A stretch of DNA of 63,879 nucleotides, counting the filler, from an uncultured bacterium (GTDB lineage: Bacteria > CAYJRR01): NCBI GenBank assembly GCA_964372275.1. It is 4 parts of 4 records of this genome, joined end to end, with 100 filler letters (N's around TTAATTAATTAA, not from the genome) between each part and the next. Parts side by side here need not be neighbours in the genome. Positions count along the whole stretch, not along the records: positions 54,824 to 63,879 come from CAYJRR010000158.1; 3 more parts are not named here. One strand, given 5' to 3'. Under the pieces are notes generated by a model. The model had not been told where the DNA came from and did not search any database. It worked only from the letters and a program-made list of their open reading frames with translations. The position numbers and the translations under genes were made by a program. Below, piece by piece: positions 54,824-63,879 of the stretch; position 1 is the stretch's first letter, and every line of letters begins with the position of its first letter.

Positions 54824-57752
54824 GGACGAACGCGGGCGAGGCCGAGGGAGCGGACGGTGAGGCCCGGCCGGACGCGGGTTCGGAGATCGCGTCGGGCGCG
54901 GAAACCGGGTCGGAGTCCGTCTCGGGATCGGCAGCCGATCCGGCCGGATCCGAACCGGCACCGGGATCGGGCGCGGGTTCGGAGTCGGTTTCCGGTGCGA
55001 GGGGCGGCGCGGTCGCGGACGCCGCCTCCGCCGTCGTCACACCTGCCGGGGGCGCCGCCGTCGGCGCCGGCGCGGCCTGTCGGAGCGTGACGTCGAGCAG
55101 GGCCTCGATCCGATCCCGGTCGGCGGGCGCCACCTCGACGAACTGCACGCCGACCCCCGACGGCGCGCGAAAGGCGACGCGGCCGTGAATCCGTACTTCG
55201 TGCGGTCCCTCCGCCACCGCATAGACGACGTCGACCGACGCACCGACCTCCGGCGGGTGGCGCGTCGGAACGGTCATGCCGCCGCGCGCGAGATTCGACT
55301 CGCATTCGCGCCGGAAGTCGGCGAGCGAAACGAGCTGGAGCCGAAACTCGGTCGGCGTGTCGGCGGAATCGGGGGCCGTGGTCGTGGCGGGGGCCGTATC
55401 CGCGGCTGCGGCTGCGGCGGGGGCCGAATCCGTGGCCGTGGCCGTGGCCGTGGCCGTGGCCGTGGCCGTGGCCGTGGCCGTTGCCGCGTCCGCGGCCGAA
55501 CCCGAACCCGAACCCGTTGCCGTGGCGGTCTCCGGATCCGGCGCCGGACCCGCCCCCGATCCCGGCGAATCTCCTTCTGCCTCCGGGTCGGCGCCGCCTT
55601 CTTCCGGCAACTCGTCGAGAAGCGCCGCGGCCCTCGCCTCGAGGTCCTGCGCCGCGTCGTCCGGCGAAGCCCCCGTGGGGTCGTCGCCGAACATGCCGGA
55701 CATCATCTGGGCGATCTCCCCCGTCGACAGCTCCGGCGCCGCGTCGGCGGCAGGGCCCAACGCCGCTTCGATCAGGGCGCGACCCGCCATCCCCATCGGA
55801 CCGAACGCCACTTCGACGCCGCGAGAGTCGTGCCGCGCGACGGTGGCGCGGAGTCGTTGGAACCCCTGCGTCCCCGGAAGGACGAGCTTCACCTCGACCT
55901 CCGCCCCCACCGGCGGCCGCTCCGCGACCGGAACCGTCGCGGGCGTGAGCCCGGTCTCCGGGCGATAGAGTGCGCGAAGGGCGTCGAGCGATTCGACGTA
56001 GAGCTCCAGGGTCGGAACGGCGTCGTCGACCTCCTCTTCCGAGTCGGCGTCGGTGGCGGAGGCCGGGTCAGAGGCGATCCGGTCGAGCCCGGTCGGAGCG
56101 GATCGGACCGGATCGGGTACCGGTTCCGTTGCCGATACGGACTCCGTGCCCGGCGGTTCCTCTTCCTCTTCCTCGTCCGCCCCCCCCTCCTCCGGCACCT
56201 CCTCGATCAACGCTGCCGCCCGGCGCTCCAGCTCCTTCGCCGCCTCCTCCGCCGACGACGGCTTCGCCTCGGCCTCCTCGCCGGCGGCGCCGAACATGCC
56301 GGACACGACGTCGGCGATCTGGTGGGCGGTCAACGGCGTCGACTCCTTCTCCGGTTTCGTCGCCAGGCAGGCTTCGATCAACGCCTGCCCCGCCAATCGG
56401 ATCGGGTCGAAGCGGATCCACACCCCCCGCTTGCTCCGCGACGCGACGGTGCCCTGGAGAACGAGGAAGTCGAGGCTGCCCGGAAGCATCAGTTTCAGCG
56501 AGAGGCGCGCCCCGATCGCCGGGCGCCTTTCCAGCCTCACGTGCCGCGGACCGAGACCCGTCCCGGGTTGATAACAGGCTCGCAGGTCGTCGTGCGACGT
56601 GAAGAGCAACGGCACCGGATCGACCGGCGGAGGAGCCACCTCGCCTCCGTCGTCCGTTCCGTCCGGTGGGGGATCCTCGTCGAGCTCCTCCTCATCGCCG
56701 GCGTCGGGCGGCCGCGCCGGCATCAGCGCCGACGCGCGCTCCTCGAGCAGCTTCGCGGCCGACTCGGTCGAAAGGACACCGGGTCTCTCCTCGTCGCTCT
56801 CCATCACCGCCGAGACGACGCTGTCGATCTCCTTGGTGGTGAGCGCAACCGACGGGCCGGGCACGGTGATGAAGGTCGCCTCCACGAGCGCCTGGCCCGT
56901 GGCGCCGATCGCCTCGAACTGGACGCCGATCCCCTCCGGCGTGCGATCGGCGACCGTTCCGTGGAGAAGCAGGAATCCGAGGCTTCCGGGCAGCACCAGA
57001 CGGACATCGATCTTGGCGCCGACGGCGGGACGCCGATCGAGCTTCAGGAAGGCGTTCGGGATTCCGAACCCCGGCTTGTAGTGCGCCTTCAGGTGGTCGA
57101 TCGACTCGAACTGAAGGTCCGGCGGATCGCCCAGTGGCAGAGGATCGCCCCCGCCGGCGCCCGCGGGCGGCGTCTTCTCGGGGTCGTCGGACGCAAACGC
57201 CTCGTCGAGAACGATTGTGGCGAGCGGCCGGTCGGGACCTTTCGCCGGCGACGCGGGCGGCGCCGCGGTCGCCGTTGGCGCGACCGCGGGCGCGGGCGCC
57301 GTCGCGAGGTCGACCTCGACCGGTAACGAGAGGCCCTCGAACGGGTCGAAGTCGAGCGCCGGCATCGGAAGGACTTTCGGGAGCGACCGCACCGTCTTCG
57401 TCTCGGCGGCGACGCTCCGCGGTCGTGCGCGCTCCGGCGCCTTCGCCTCCAGCAGCTCGTCCGGTTCGTCGGCGAGGACCGAACGCACCTGCGCGGGAAC
57501 CTCCTCGAGGCGCACGGAGACGCCGCCCGGCGCACGGCACTGGACCCGTCCCCGGATTCCATCCAGGACGCGCCGATCGGGGAGCACCAGCGTCACTTCG
57601 CACGGCTGGTTCACCCGGGGTTTCGCGTCGGTCGGGACCCACAAGGTGCCGGCGTCGAGATTCTCGACCTCCGACCGCACCTCCTTCGCGTCGGCGAATC
57701 GACGCGTCAAGGCAAGGACGGGGAGTCCTCCTTCACCCGTCGAGACCGACAT
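54824..57752 (-). CDS. Large acidic protein with five PilZ-like (TIGR02266-type) domains; 3' truncated
   Basis: Five repeats of P..G..V.V.L.LP...L.G.V..R...G..V.F, e.g. NLARGGMTVPTRHPPEVGASVDV...GRVAFRAPSGVGVQF; acidic and Pro-Ala linkers. Confidence 0.75.
55432..55479. repeat. Hexanucleotide microsatellite (GTGGCC)8 encoding an (AT)n linker
   Basis: Eight perfect tandem copies counted directly. Confidence 0.92.
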
Positions 57753-57768
57753 CGTGCCTACGATCGTA

Positions 57769-59124
57769 TCACTTCAACGCGTGCTTCTTGACCAACTCTT
57801 CGAGGTATTTCCGATGGATCCCCGCCTCTCGCGCCGCGGCGGAGACGTTGCCACCGTGTTTGTCGAGGATGCGCCGGCAGTAGCGCACTTCGAACTCGTC
57901 GACGAGTTGTCCCTTCGCCTCCTTGAACGGGATGTCGTAGCGCGCGTCGGCCGCCGGCCGTCCAGGGGTCGCCGCGCTTCCGGCCGGATCGAGCAGCTGC
58001 GCCGCCCCCGCGAGGTCGCTGGGCGCGAAGACGCGGAAGCGGTCGACGAAGTTCTTCAGCTCGCGCACGTTTCCCGGCCAGGTGTGATTGGCGAGCATCG
58101 CCAGGACCGACGGCGGAATCGGCTCGGGTGCCGCGCCGCCTCGCGCGGCGGCCGCGCGCAGGAAGTGGTCGGCCAGGGCGGCGACGTCCTCGCGGCGGCG
58201 TCGGAGCGGCGGCACCTTCAGCCGCACCACGTTGAGGCGGAAGTAGAGGTCCTCCCGGAACTGCCCCTTGCGCACCTCGTCGGCGAGATCGCGGTTGGTG
58301 GCGGCGATCAGCCGGACGTCGCACTGGATCGACTTGTTGCCGCCGACCGGCCGCACCTCCCGCGACTCGATCGCGCGCAGGAGCTTCGGCTGGAGCTCCT
58401 TCTGCAGTTCGCCGATCTCGTCCAGGAACAGAGTTCCGCCGTCGGCCATGCGGAACGCCCCGGCGCGGTCGGAGACGGCGCCGGTGAACGCCCCTTTGAC
58501 GTGCCCGAACAGCTCGCTCTCGACCAGGTTCTCCGGCACGGCGCCGCAATCGAAGACGACGAACGGCTCGGTGCTCCGCGGCGAGTGGGCGTGGAGCTCC
58601 TGCGCCACCACCTCCTTGCCGGTGCCGCTCTCCCCTTCGATCAGCACCGTCACGTCCTGCGGTGCCGCCCGCTCCATCATCGCGAACAGCGCGCGCATCT
58701 CCAGCGACGGTCCGACCAGCCGGCCGAACCGATCGCGGGCCGAGAGCGGGATCTCGGCGTTCTCGTCGTCGGGCGAGAACTGGATGCGCGTGTCGCCGAG
58801 GACGATCTCGCTCGACGGGCGCAGGTAGGCGGCGCCGACGCGCAGACCGTCGACGACCGAGCCGTTTTTCGAGTCGAGGTCCCGCAGCAGGTAGCCGCGT
58901 TCGTCGACCACGATCTCGCAGTGGATCCGCGAGACCGACTTGTCGGACACCGCCAGCTCGTTCCCCTCCGAGCTGCCGATCGTGGCCCGGCGCCGGTCGA
59001 TGACGACCTTCTTCCCCTTGTCCGGACCGGCGACCACCTTCAGCCGAAACTTGCGGAAGACGATCGAGCCCGGCCGCCCGCCGATCATCATCGTCTTGGT
59101 CGGGGCGTCGAACGGATTGGGCAC
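57769..59124 (-). CDS. FHA-domain sigma54-dependent enhancer-binding protein (Fis HTH)
   Basis: FHA (IGS..DKSVSRIH..DLDSKNG); GESGTGKE; ESELFGHVKGAFTGA; LFLDEIGE; WPGNVREL; GNVSAAAREAGI. Confidence 0.93.
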   Translation of the reverse strand: MPNPFDAPTKTMMIGGRPGSIVFRKFRLKVVAGPDKGKKVVIDRRRATIGSSEGNELAVSDKSVSRIHCEIVVDERGYLLRDLDSKNGSVVDGLRVGAAYLRPSSEIVLGDTRIQFSPDDENAEIPLSARDRFGRLVGPSLEMRALFAMMERAAPQDVTVLIEGESGTGKEVVAQELHAHSPRSTEPFVVFDCGAVPENLVESELFGHVKGAFTGAVSDRAGAFRMADGGTLFLDEIGELQKELQPKLLRAIESREVRPVGGNKSIQCDVRLIAATNRDLADEVRKGQFREDLYFRLNVVRLKVPPLRRRREDVAALADHFLRAAAARGGAAPEPIPPSVLAMLANHTWPGNVRELKNFVDRFRVFAPSDLAGAAQLLDPAGSAATPGRPAADARYDIPFKEAKGQLVDEFEVRYCRRILDKHGGNVSAAAREAGIHRKYLEELVKKHALK

Positions 59125-59147
59125 GAACCCTCCTCGTTTCCCTTTCG

Positions 59148-60542
59148 CTAGAAGCGCAGGCCGCCCGCCACGACCGACTGCCAAGTCCACGGGCTCAACG
59201 CGCGGCCCGAGAGATCATACTCCGCCGCCGCTTCGACCTTCACGAAGGCACCCGCCGCCAGATCGCGCGAGAGACCGGCCGTCGCCACCGCCGCGAGCCA
59301 GGTGAACGACACGCCGGTCGACGTGTTGTTGGAGGAGAGCGCCGCGACCGCCTGCTCGGCGCGGAGACCGAGGCCCCCCGACGCTTCGTAGCCCCCGCGC
59401 TCGCGCCGGGCGAGCAACCGGACGCCGCCTCCCCCGACGAAGAGGAACCGCCCTTCGGCGCTCGACGGACGCTCCCATCCACCGTCGGGGATCCTGGCCG
59501 GAAGCAGCAGCGTCAGGTCGACCGCCGCCGAGAAGCGGGGGCCGCGGCGAGGCTCCAGACTCGCCTGGATCCCGTGGCCGCGCAGCGTACCGCGCCAACG
59601 ATAGGCCTCGCCGACGTCCTCGACGCCGTGGTCGAGGCGCGCGCCGGACGAAAGCCCGGCGACGAGCCCCACCGTCGCCGAGGAGCGCGCCGCCGAACGA
59701 TCGCGGGGAGGCCACGGGCGGTCGAGGATCTGGGCGACGATCTTCGGCGCCGCCCGGTCGACGGCCGCGAAAAGCGCGTCGCGATCGCCGCCGTCGGCGA
59801 CGAGCCGCTCCTCGACGCGCGAACCGCGCCGGAGGTCGAGCACCAACAGCTCCATCGGCCGCCTCCCGCCCTCGGCCCAGACGACGCCCGTGACCACCAC
59901 ATCGGCGCCGACGGTCGCCGCCAGCATCTCCAGGCGCTTCCGCGCCGGCGCCACGTCGAGACGGCCGAGCGCCGCCCGCGCTTCGCCGTAGCGCGTCACC
60001 AGGTCCGGCGCGTAGCGCAGCCGATCGGGGGAGAAGCCGGGATCGATCGCCACCGCCGCCCCGAACGCCTCCATCGCCTCGCGCGCCTGCCCCTGCTCCA
60101 GACGCGCCTGTCCCAACGTGATCCAGGTCTCGTGAAGCCGCCGCCGGCCGGAGCGCCCCGTGAACTCCCGCGCCGCGGCGAGCTGGAGCTCCGCCGCCTG
60201 GCCCAGCTTCTCGACGGCGGCGGCGTGTCGCAGCTCCTCCAGATCGCGCTTGGCCTCGAACAGAAGCGCGTCGGCCTCGAGCCAGCGAGGGTCCCCCTTC
60301 TCCTCCAGCGCGGCGGCGGCGTCGATCGTCCGGACCATCGGATCGCTCGCCAGCGCGGCGGCGAGACGTCGGGTGGCGGCCTCCATCTCCTCGGTGGGAA
60401 GAACCGGGCTGCGCAGCTCGACGACGGCGACCTTCACCCCTTGGAGCGGTGCCGGTACGGCGCGAACCGGGAGCGCGGCGAGGAGGCTCGCCGCCGCGAC
60501 GAACGTGACCGAAGGCGCGATCCCTCGACCGACTCGTCTCAC
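59148..60542 (-). CDS. Exported TPR-containing protein with probable C-terminal beta-barrel
   Basis: Signal ending VRA|V; TPR-like LGQA...EAMEAFGAAVAIDP; alternating beta strands ending GGLRF; GTGA overlap. Confidence 0.65.
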   Translation of the reverse strand: MRRVGRGIAPSVTFVAAASLLAALPVRAVPAPLQGVKVAVVELRSPVLPTEEMEAATRRLAAALASDPMVRTIDAAAALEEKGDPRWLEADALLFEAKRDLEELRHAAAVEKLGQAAELQLAAAREFTGRSGRRRLHETWITLGQARLEQGQAREAMEAFGAAVAIDPGFSPDRLRYAPDLVTRYGEARAALGRLDVAPARKRLEMLAATVGADVVVTGVVWAEGGRRPMELLVLDLRRGSRVEERLVADGGDRDALFAAVDRAAPKIVAQILDRPWPPRDRSAARSSATVGLVAGLSSGARLDHGVEDVGEAYRWRGTLRGHGIQASLEPRRGPRFSAAVDLTLLLPARIPDGGWERPSSAEGRFLFVGGGGVRLLARRERGGYEASGGLGLRAEQAVAALSSNNTSTGVSFTWLAAVATAGLSRDLAAGAFVKVEAAAEYDLSGRALSPWTWQSVVAGGLRF

Positions 60543-61948
60543 GGGGGAAAGAACGGAATGTGACCGAGTTTCGATCCGCCGTCGTCGGCCGGGTCGGTCT
60601 GACTCCAGCCCTGCACCACGGCCGAAAGCAGACCCGACGTCCCGATCGAGAGTGTCAGCGTCGACTCCTCGATCCCGCCGAAGTCCTGGTACCAGTACTC
60701 GGCGGCGTAGAGCACCGCGGCGAAGGGATCGTCGGGCGCCTCGCCCGCATCGGACACCTCGAGACGCCCCGACCGGAGGCGGTACGAATGGAATCCTCCC
60801 GAGTCGACGTCGTAGTAGTCGGCATAGCCGTCGACGATCGGAGGCGTGGCTTCCGGATCGAAGCCGTTGTCGATGTCGTGGCTGCCGGGGGCGTTCGCCG
60901 CCGGCGAGAGGTAGAGCAGCACCGAGACGGTATCCCCCGTCGGAAGGTCGTCGTAGTAGTAGACCTCCAGTCCACCGCTCCCGTCGTCGAGGACCTGCGT
61001 GTAGTCGGGATCGGTCGACGTGAGCGCAATCGGCTCCGGTGGAGGCATCGGGGTCGCCATCGGCCCGGGATCGAGGTTCTGCGAGTCGACGACGATCCCG
61101 GACATCGCCGGAGAGGTGGTCTGGAGCGTCAGCGTATGGCCCGGGTCGACCATCCCCGACGCCGGGTCGACCCAGGCGAAGACGGCGTCGTGGAACTTCG
61201 CCTTGAAGCTGCCACCGTCGGCCGGTTCGAAGGTGATCACCTCGAGATCGCCGACGGTCAGCAGGTAGAAGGAGGCCTCCCCCCCGCCCAGGTAGAGGAG
61301 CGTGGCCGAGAAATCGGGCTGGCCGCCCTGACCGTTCTGGCTCGCGTCGAGCGAGCTCTCGCCGGCGCCGTAGTAGGGGCTGGTCGACGGGATCCACAGA
61401 CCGACGTAGATCGCCTGCGAGTCGCTTCCGGCGTCGACCCAGACCTCTTCGGTGACGCCGTCGGCGTAGCGGTTGACGTCGGTTCGCTCGGGGGCGAACG
61501 CCTCGACGGTGAACGAGTCCGGGGGCACCACCGCGCCGGCCCCGGGCGGACAGGGGACCAGCGCCTCCGATCCCGGAACGTCGTACGAGGGATCGGCGCA
61601 GACCTCGAGGCGAAGCTGGCCGACGTCGACGACACGTCCGTCTTCGATCGTGACCGTCGAATAGGCGGCCGTTCCGCGGTAGTCGGTCGCCGTGAGCTGG
61701 TAGGTCCCCTCCGGTGCGTGGATGCGGAATCGCCCCCGGGCGTTGGTCAGCGACACGCTTTTCTGGCGCGCCATCGCCGTCTCTTCATCGACGAGGTAGA
61801 CGGTGGCGAGGTCGGCGGGGGCCAGCGACGGCTCGAGGATCGTCCCGCTGACACTGCCCCCCTTCACCTTCGTCTCGGGCACGCAGGCCGCCAGGGCCGG
61901 CAGGCAAAGCAGCGCGATCCACGGCCGGCCGGACGTCATCGGATCCAT
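60539..61948 (-). CDS. Acidic lipoprotein with carboxypeptidase-regulatory-like domain (paralog B)
   Basis: Lipobox LAAC; GSVSGTI...TNARGRFRI..GTYQL; two Tyr/Asp-rich beta repeats. Confidence 0.72.
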   Translation of the reverse strand: MDPMTSGRPWIALLCLPALAACVPETKVKGGSVSGTILEPSLAPADLATVYLVDEETAMARQKSVSLTNARGRFRIHAPEGTYQLTATDYRGTAAYSTVTIEDGRVVDVGQLRLEVCADPSYDVPGSEALVPCPPGAGAVVPPDSFTVEAFAPERTDVNRYADGVTEEVWVDAGSDSQAIYVGLWIPSTSPYYGAGESSLDASQNGQGGQPDFSATLLYLGGGEASFYLLTVGDLEVITFEPADGGSFKAKFHDAVFAWVDPASGMVDPGHTLTLQTTSPAMSGIVVDSQNLDPGPMATPMPPPEPIALTSTDPDYTQVLDDGSGGLEVYYYDDLPTGDTVSVLLYLSPAANAPGSHDIDNGFDPEATPPIVDGYADYYDVDSGGFHSYRLRSGRLEVSDAGEAPDDPFAAVLYAAEYWYQDFGGIEESTLTLSIGTSGLLSAVVQGWSQTDPADDGGSKLGHIPFFPP

Positions 61949-62051
61949 CGATCGTACTCCTTCGCGCACAACGCCGACAAGGCGGGAGCCCCTCCCGTAG
62001 GAGAAGGACCCCGCCTCGTCGACGACCTCGCGTTTCAGCGACGCCGGAGAG

Positions 62052-63497
62052 CTACTGCACGACCACCTCTCCGCCGCCGTTCGTCGTTCCATCCTCGAAC
62101 CACTCCAGGCTGTCGACCACCGCCGTCAGGTCGGCCGCGCCGACGAAGAGCTGCAGGTCGGACGCGGGCGGGGCGGTCGGGTCCTCCTGCGCACCGCCCT
62201 CGGCGTCATCGCACACCTCGATCGACCCGTAGGCGGAGGCGTAGTCGAATACGCCATCGCTCAACTTGAGCTCGAACGTCTCCCCCGCGACCAGCTCGTC
62301 GGAAAGGACCGAGAGCGTCGCGTGATCGAGCTCGTAGTACCAGTAGGCGTCGCCGTAGACCGTCGCCGATCCGTAGACGCCGTTCGAGAAGTCGTCCTGC
62401 GCCTCGATCACCGCCGAGCCGGGAATGGCGAGCGCGGTCACCGGCAGCCACAAGCTCAGGTCGGCGTCGTCGGTGACGTCGTAGGCATAGACGCTCACGG
62501 TGTCCTCGCCGTCGAGACCGCAACCGGGGCAAAGCGAAATCCAGGTGTAGTCGGCGACGAAGGTCTCGATGGTGATGTCACCGGACGGAGGCTCGGGCGG
62601 AACGTACCGGTAGGCGCTCCCGTCGCCGTCGGCCTCCACCACGGTGGCGGTGTATCCCGCGTCGAGCCCCTCCCACGCGTAGTAGACGAACTGGAGGTTC
62701 TCCCCATGAAGCGAGAAGGCCGAGGTCGACGGGTCGCCATCGCCGTCGTCGCCCACCTCGATCGTGAGCTCGCCGCCGGTCATCAGGTAGTAGTAGCCGT
62801 AGCTGTCGTAGGTGTAGAGCCCGCCGTAGCCGATCGCGTCGACGGTTCCGGCATCGAAGGTGATCACGCTCCCTTCGGCGAAGTCGCCCGGGACGTAGAC
62901 GTCGAGGCTGGCCTGGTTGCCTGCGTCGTCGAGGTAGCCGTAGAAACCGCTGGGATCGATCCACCCCGAGCCCCAGTCGGCGTCGAACGAGTCGATCGTC
63001 ACCGCTTCGGGCGGCGGCGGCGGCGGCTCCCAGCCGCAGGGAATGATCATGTCGTCGACGTCGTAGTCGCCGGGATCGGAGGTCGAGGTCGGGTCGGGCT
63101 CGCCCGAGCCGTTCCCATCGGGTGTCGGCGACGGCGTCGGTTCGAGGAGAACCCCGTTCGCCAGGTCCTCGCAGTCGATCACCACCACATCGCCGACGTC
63201 CTCCGTCGAGCCGTCGTCGACCTCGACGTTCGACGCTCCGGCCTGGTTGCCGGCGACGGCGAAGGCGAGCACGACGTGCGAACCGTCGCGCACGCCGCCC
63301 AGCCGAAACTCGCCGCGGGCGTTGGTGACCGTTGATCGCCCGCCGAAGCGATCGAGCGCGATTCGCGCCGCCGAAACCGGCTGTCCGTTCGCGTCGACGA
63401 CCCGCCCGCGGACGGTGCCGGTGCTGCTGGAATCGCCGACACATCCGCCGAGGAGAAGTCCCACCGCACCCAGCCACCATCCATTCCGCGCGTTCAT
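62052..63497 (-). CDS. Acidic lipoprotein with carboxypeptidase-regulatory-like domain (paralog A)
   Basis: Lipobox LGGC; GTVRGRVVDANGQPVSAA...TNARGEFRL; two Tyr/Asp-rich beta repeats. Confidence 0.75.
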   Translation of the reverse strand: MNARNGWWLGAVGLLLGGCVGDSSSTGTVRGRVVDANGQPVSAARIALDRFGGRSTVTNARGEFRLGGVRDGSHVVLAFAVAGNQAGASNVEVDDGSTEDVGDVVVIDCEDLANGVLLEPTPSPTPDGNGSGEPDPTSTSDPGDYDVDDMIIPCGWEPPPPPPEAVTIDSFDADWGSGWIDPSGFYGYLDDAGNQASLDVYVPGDFAEGSVITFDAGTVDAIGYGGLYTYDSYGYYYLMTGGELTIEVGDDGDGDPSTSAFSLHGENLQFVYYAWEGLDAGYTATVVEADGDGSAYRYVPPEPPSGDITIETFVADYTWISLCPGCGLDGEDTVSVYAYDVTDDADLSLWLPVTALAIPGSAVIEAQDDFSNGVYGSATVYGDAYWYYELDHATLSVLSDELVAGETFELKLSDGVFDYASAYGSIEVCDDAEGGAQEDPTAPPASDLQLFVGAADLTAVVDSLEWFEDGTTNGGGEVVVQ

Positions 63498-63555
63498 CGT
63501 CGTCGAGCTCCTCGTCTTGTTGCGGGTGTTTCCCGTCGCCCGCCAACGAGAAGAC

Positions 63556-63572
63556 AGCAGCCGACGTGCCAT
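63556..63572 (-). promoter_or_regulatory. Putative sigma54 (-24/-12) promoter
   Basis: ATGGCACGTCGGCTGCT on the minus strand, 59 nt before ATG 63497. Confidence 0.68.
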
Positions 63573-63702
63573 CCGAATTTCGACAGGATCTCCGCATGTT
63601 GCCCGCGCCCGCCGGTCGGGAGCCGGGAGGGTCCAGGCTCCACGGCCGCCGCGCATGGAGGGGAAAGACTCCAAACGGCGCTCGGCCGGCGGGTGCGACC
63701 GG

Positions 63703-63879
63703 TCAGGGCGTCGGGCAGGCCGGGCTTCGGTCGAGAGGGGCCTGGACCAGGCGCACCGAACCGTCAACCGGCACCTCGAACGGGCAGGTCATGTCGACGC
63801 CGAGCACGTCGTTCCGGATCCGCAGTCGATGGAGGCCGGCCGGCAGCGCGCGATCGACCAGCGGCGCCTGGGTCTCGGC
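63703..63879 (-). CDS. 3' end of a PEGA-like domain protein (possibly a Ser/Thr kinase), 5' part outside the window
   Basis: Own translation: AETQAPLVDRALPAGLHRLRIRNDVLGVDMTCPFEVPVDGSVRLVQAPLDRSPACPTP*. Confidence 0.55.
   Translation of the reverse strand, partial: AETQAPLVDRALPAGLHRLRIRNDVLGVDMTCPFEVPVDGSVRLVQAPLDRSPACPTP

Overview
This window is not one locus. It holds four GC-rich fragments (roughly 70% GC by eye, not computed) joined by artificial 100-nt linkers (N44-TTAATTAATTAA-N44) at 18416-18515, 36633-36732 and 54724-54823. Gene neighbourhood is only meaningful within 1-18415, 18516-36632, 36733-54723 and 54824-63879. Gene content (FHA-sigma54 activator, TIGR02266-like PilZ repeats, PEGA-like C-terminus, PrkA, DUF222-like HNH) suggests an uncultured Myxococcota/deltaproteobacterium-like genome (inference). 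About 60 CDS are supportable, including peptidases, an agmatinase, RNase E/G, a GAF-HD-GYP protein, a lipase, tandem glycoside hydrolases, an RHH-MazF TA pair, a Rieske/cytochrome b complex with an octaheme cytochrome c, LeuB, GcvP and PrkA. No rRNA, tRNA or CRISPR array was seen. Main leads: (1) Two DUF692/MNIO operons lack a normal precursor peptide. One is coupled to a signal-peptide plus tandem winged-helix protein behind a sigma54 promoter. The other is divergent and coupled to LeuB and to a partner with an NHLP-leader-like N-terminus. (2) Unrelated exported cargos (GDPD, Tox-PL deamidase, wHTH protein, one unknown) share a short lone-Cys motif just after the signal peptide. (3) A TGGCACG-N4-[CG]TGCT sigma54 motif recurs upstream of secreted-protein genes. 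(4) A dispersed AT-rich palindrome occurs on two contigs. (5) Smaller oddities: a ClpX-type Zn finger fused to agmatinase, a CTG-initiated MazF toxin, and an internally deleted IS5 relic. All family assignments come from motif recognition by eye, not database searches.
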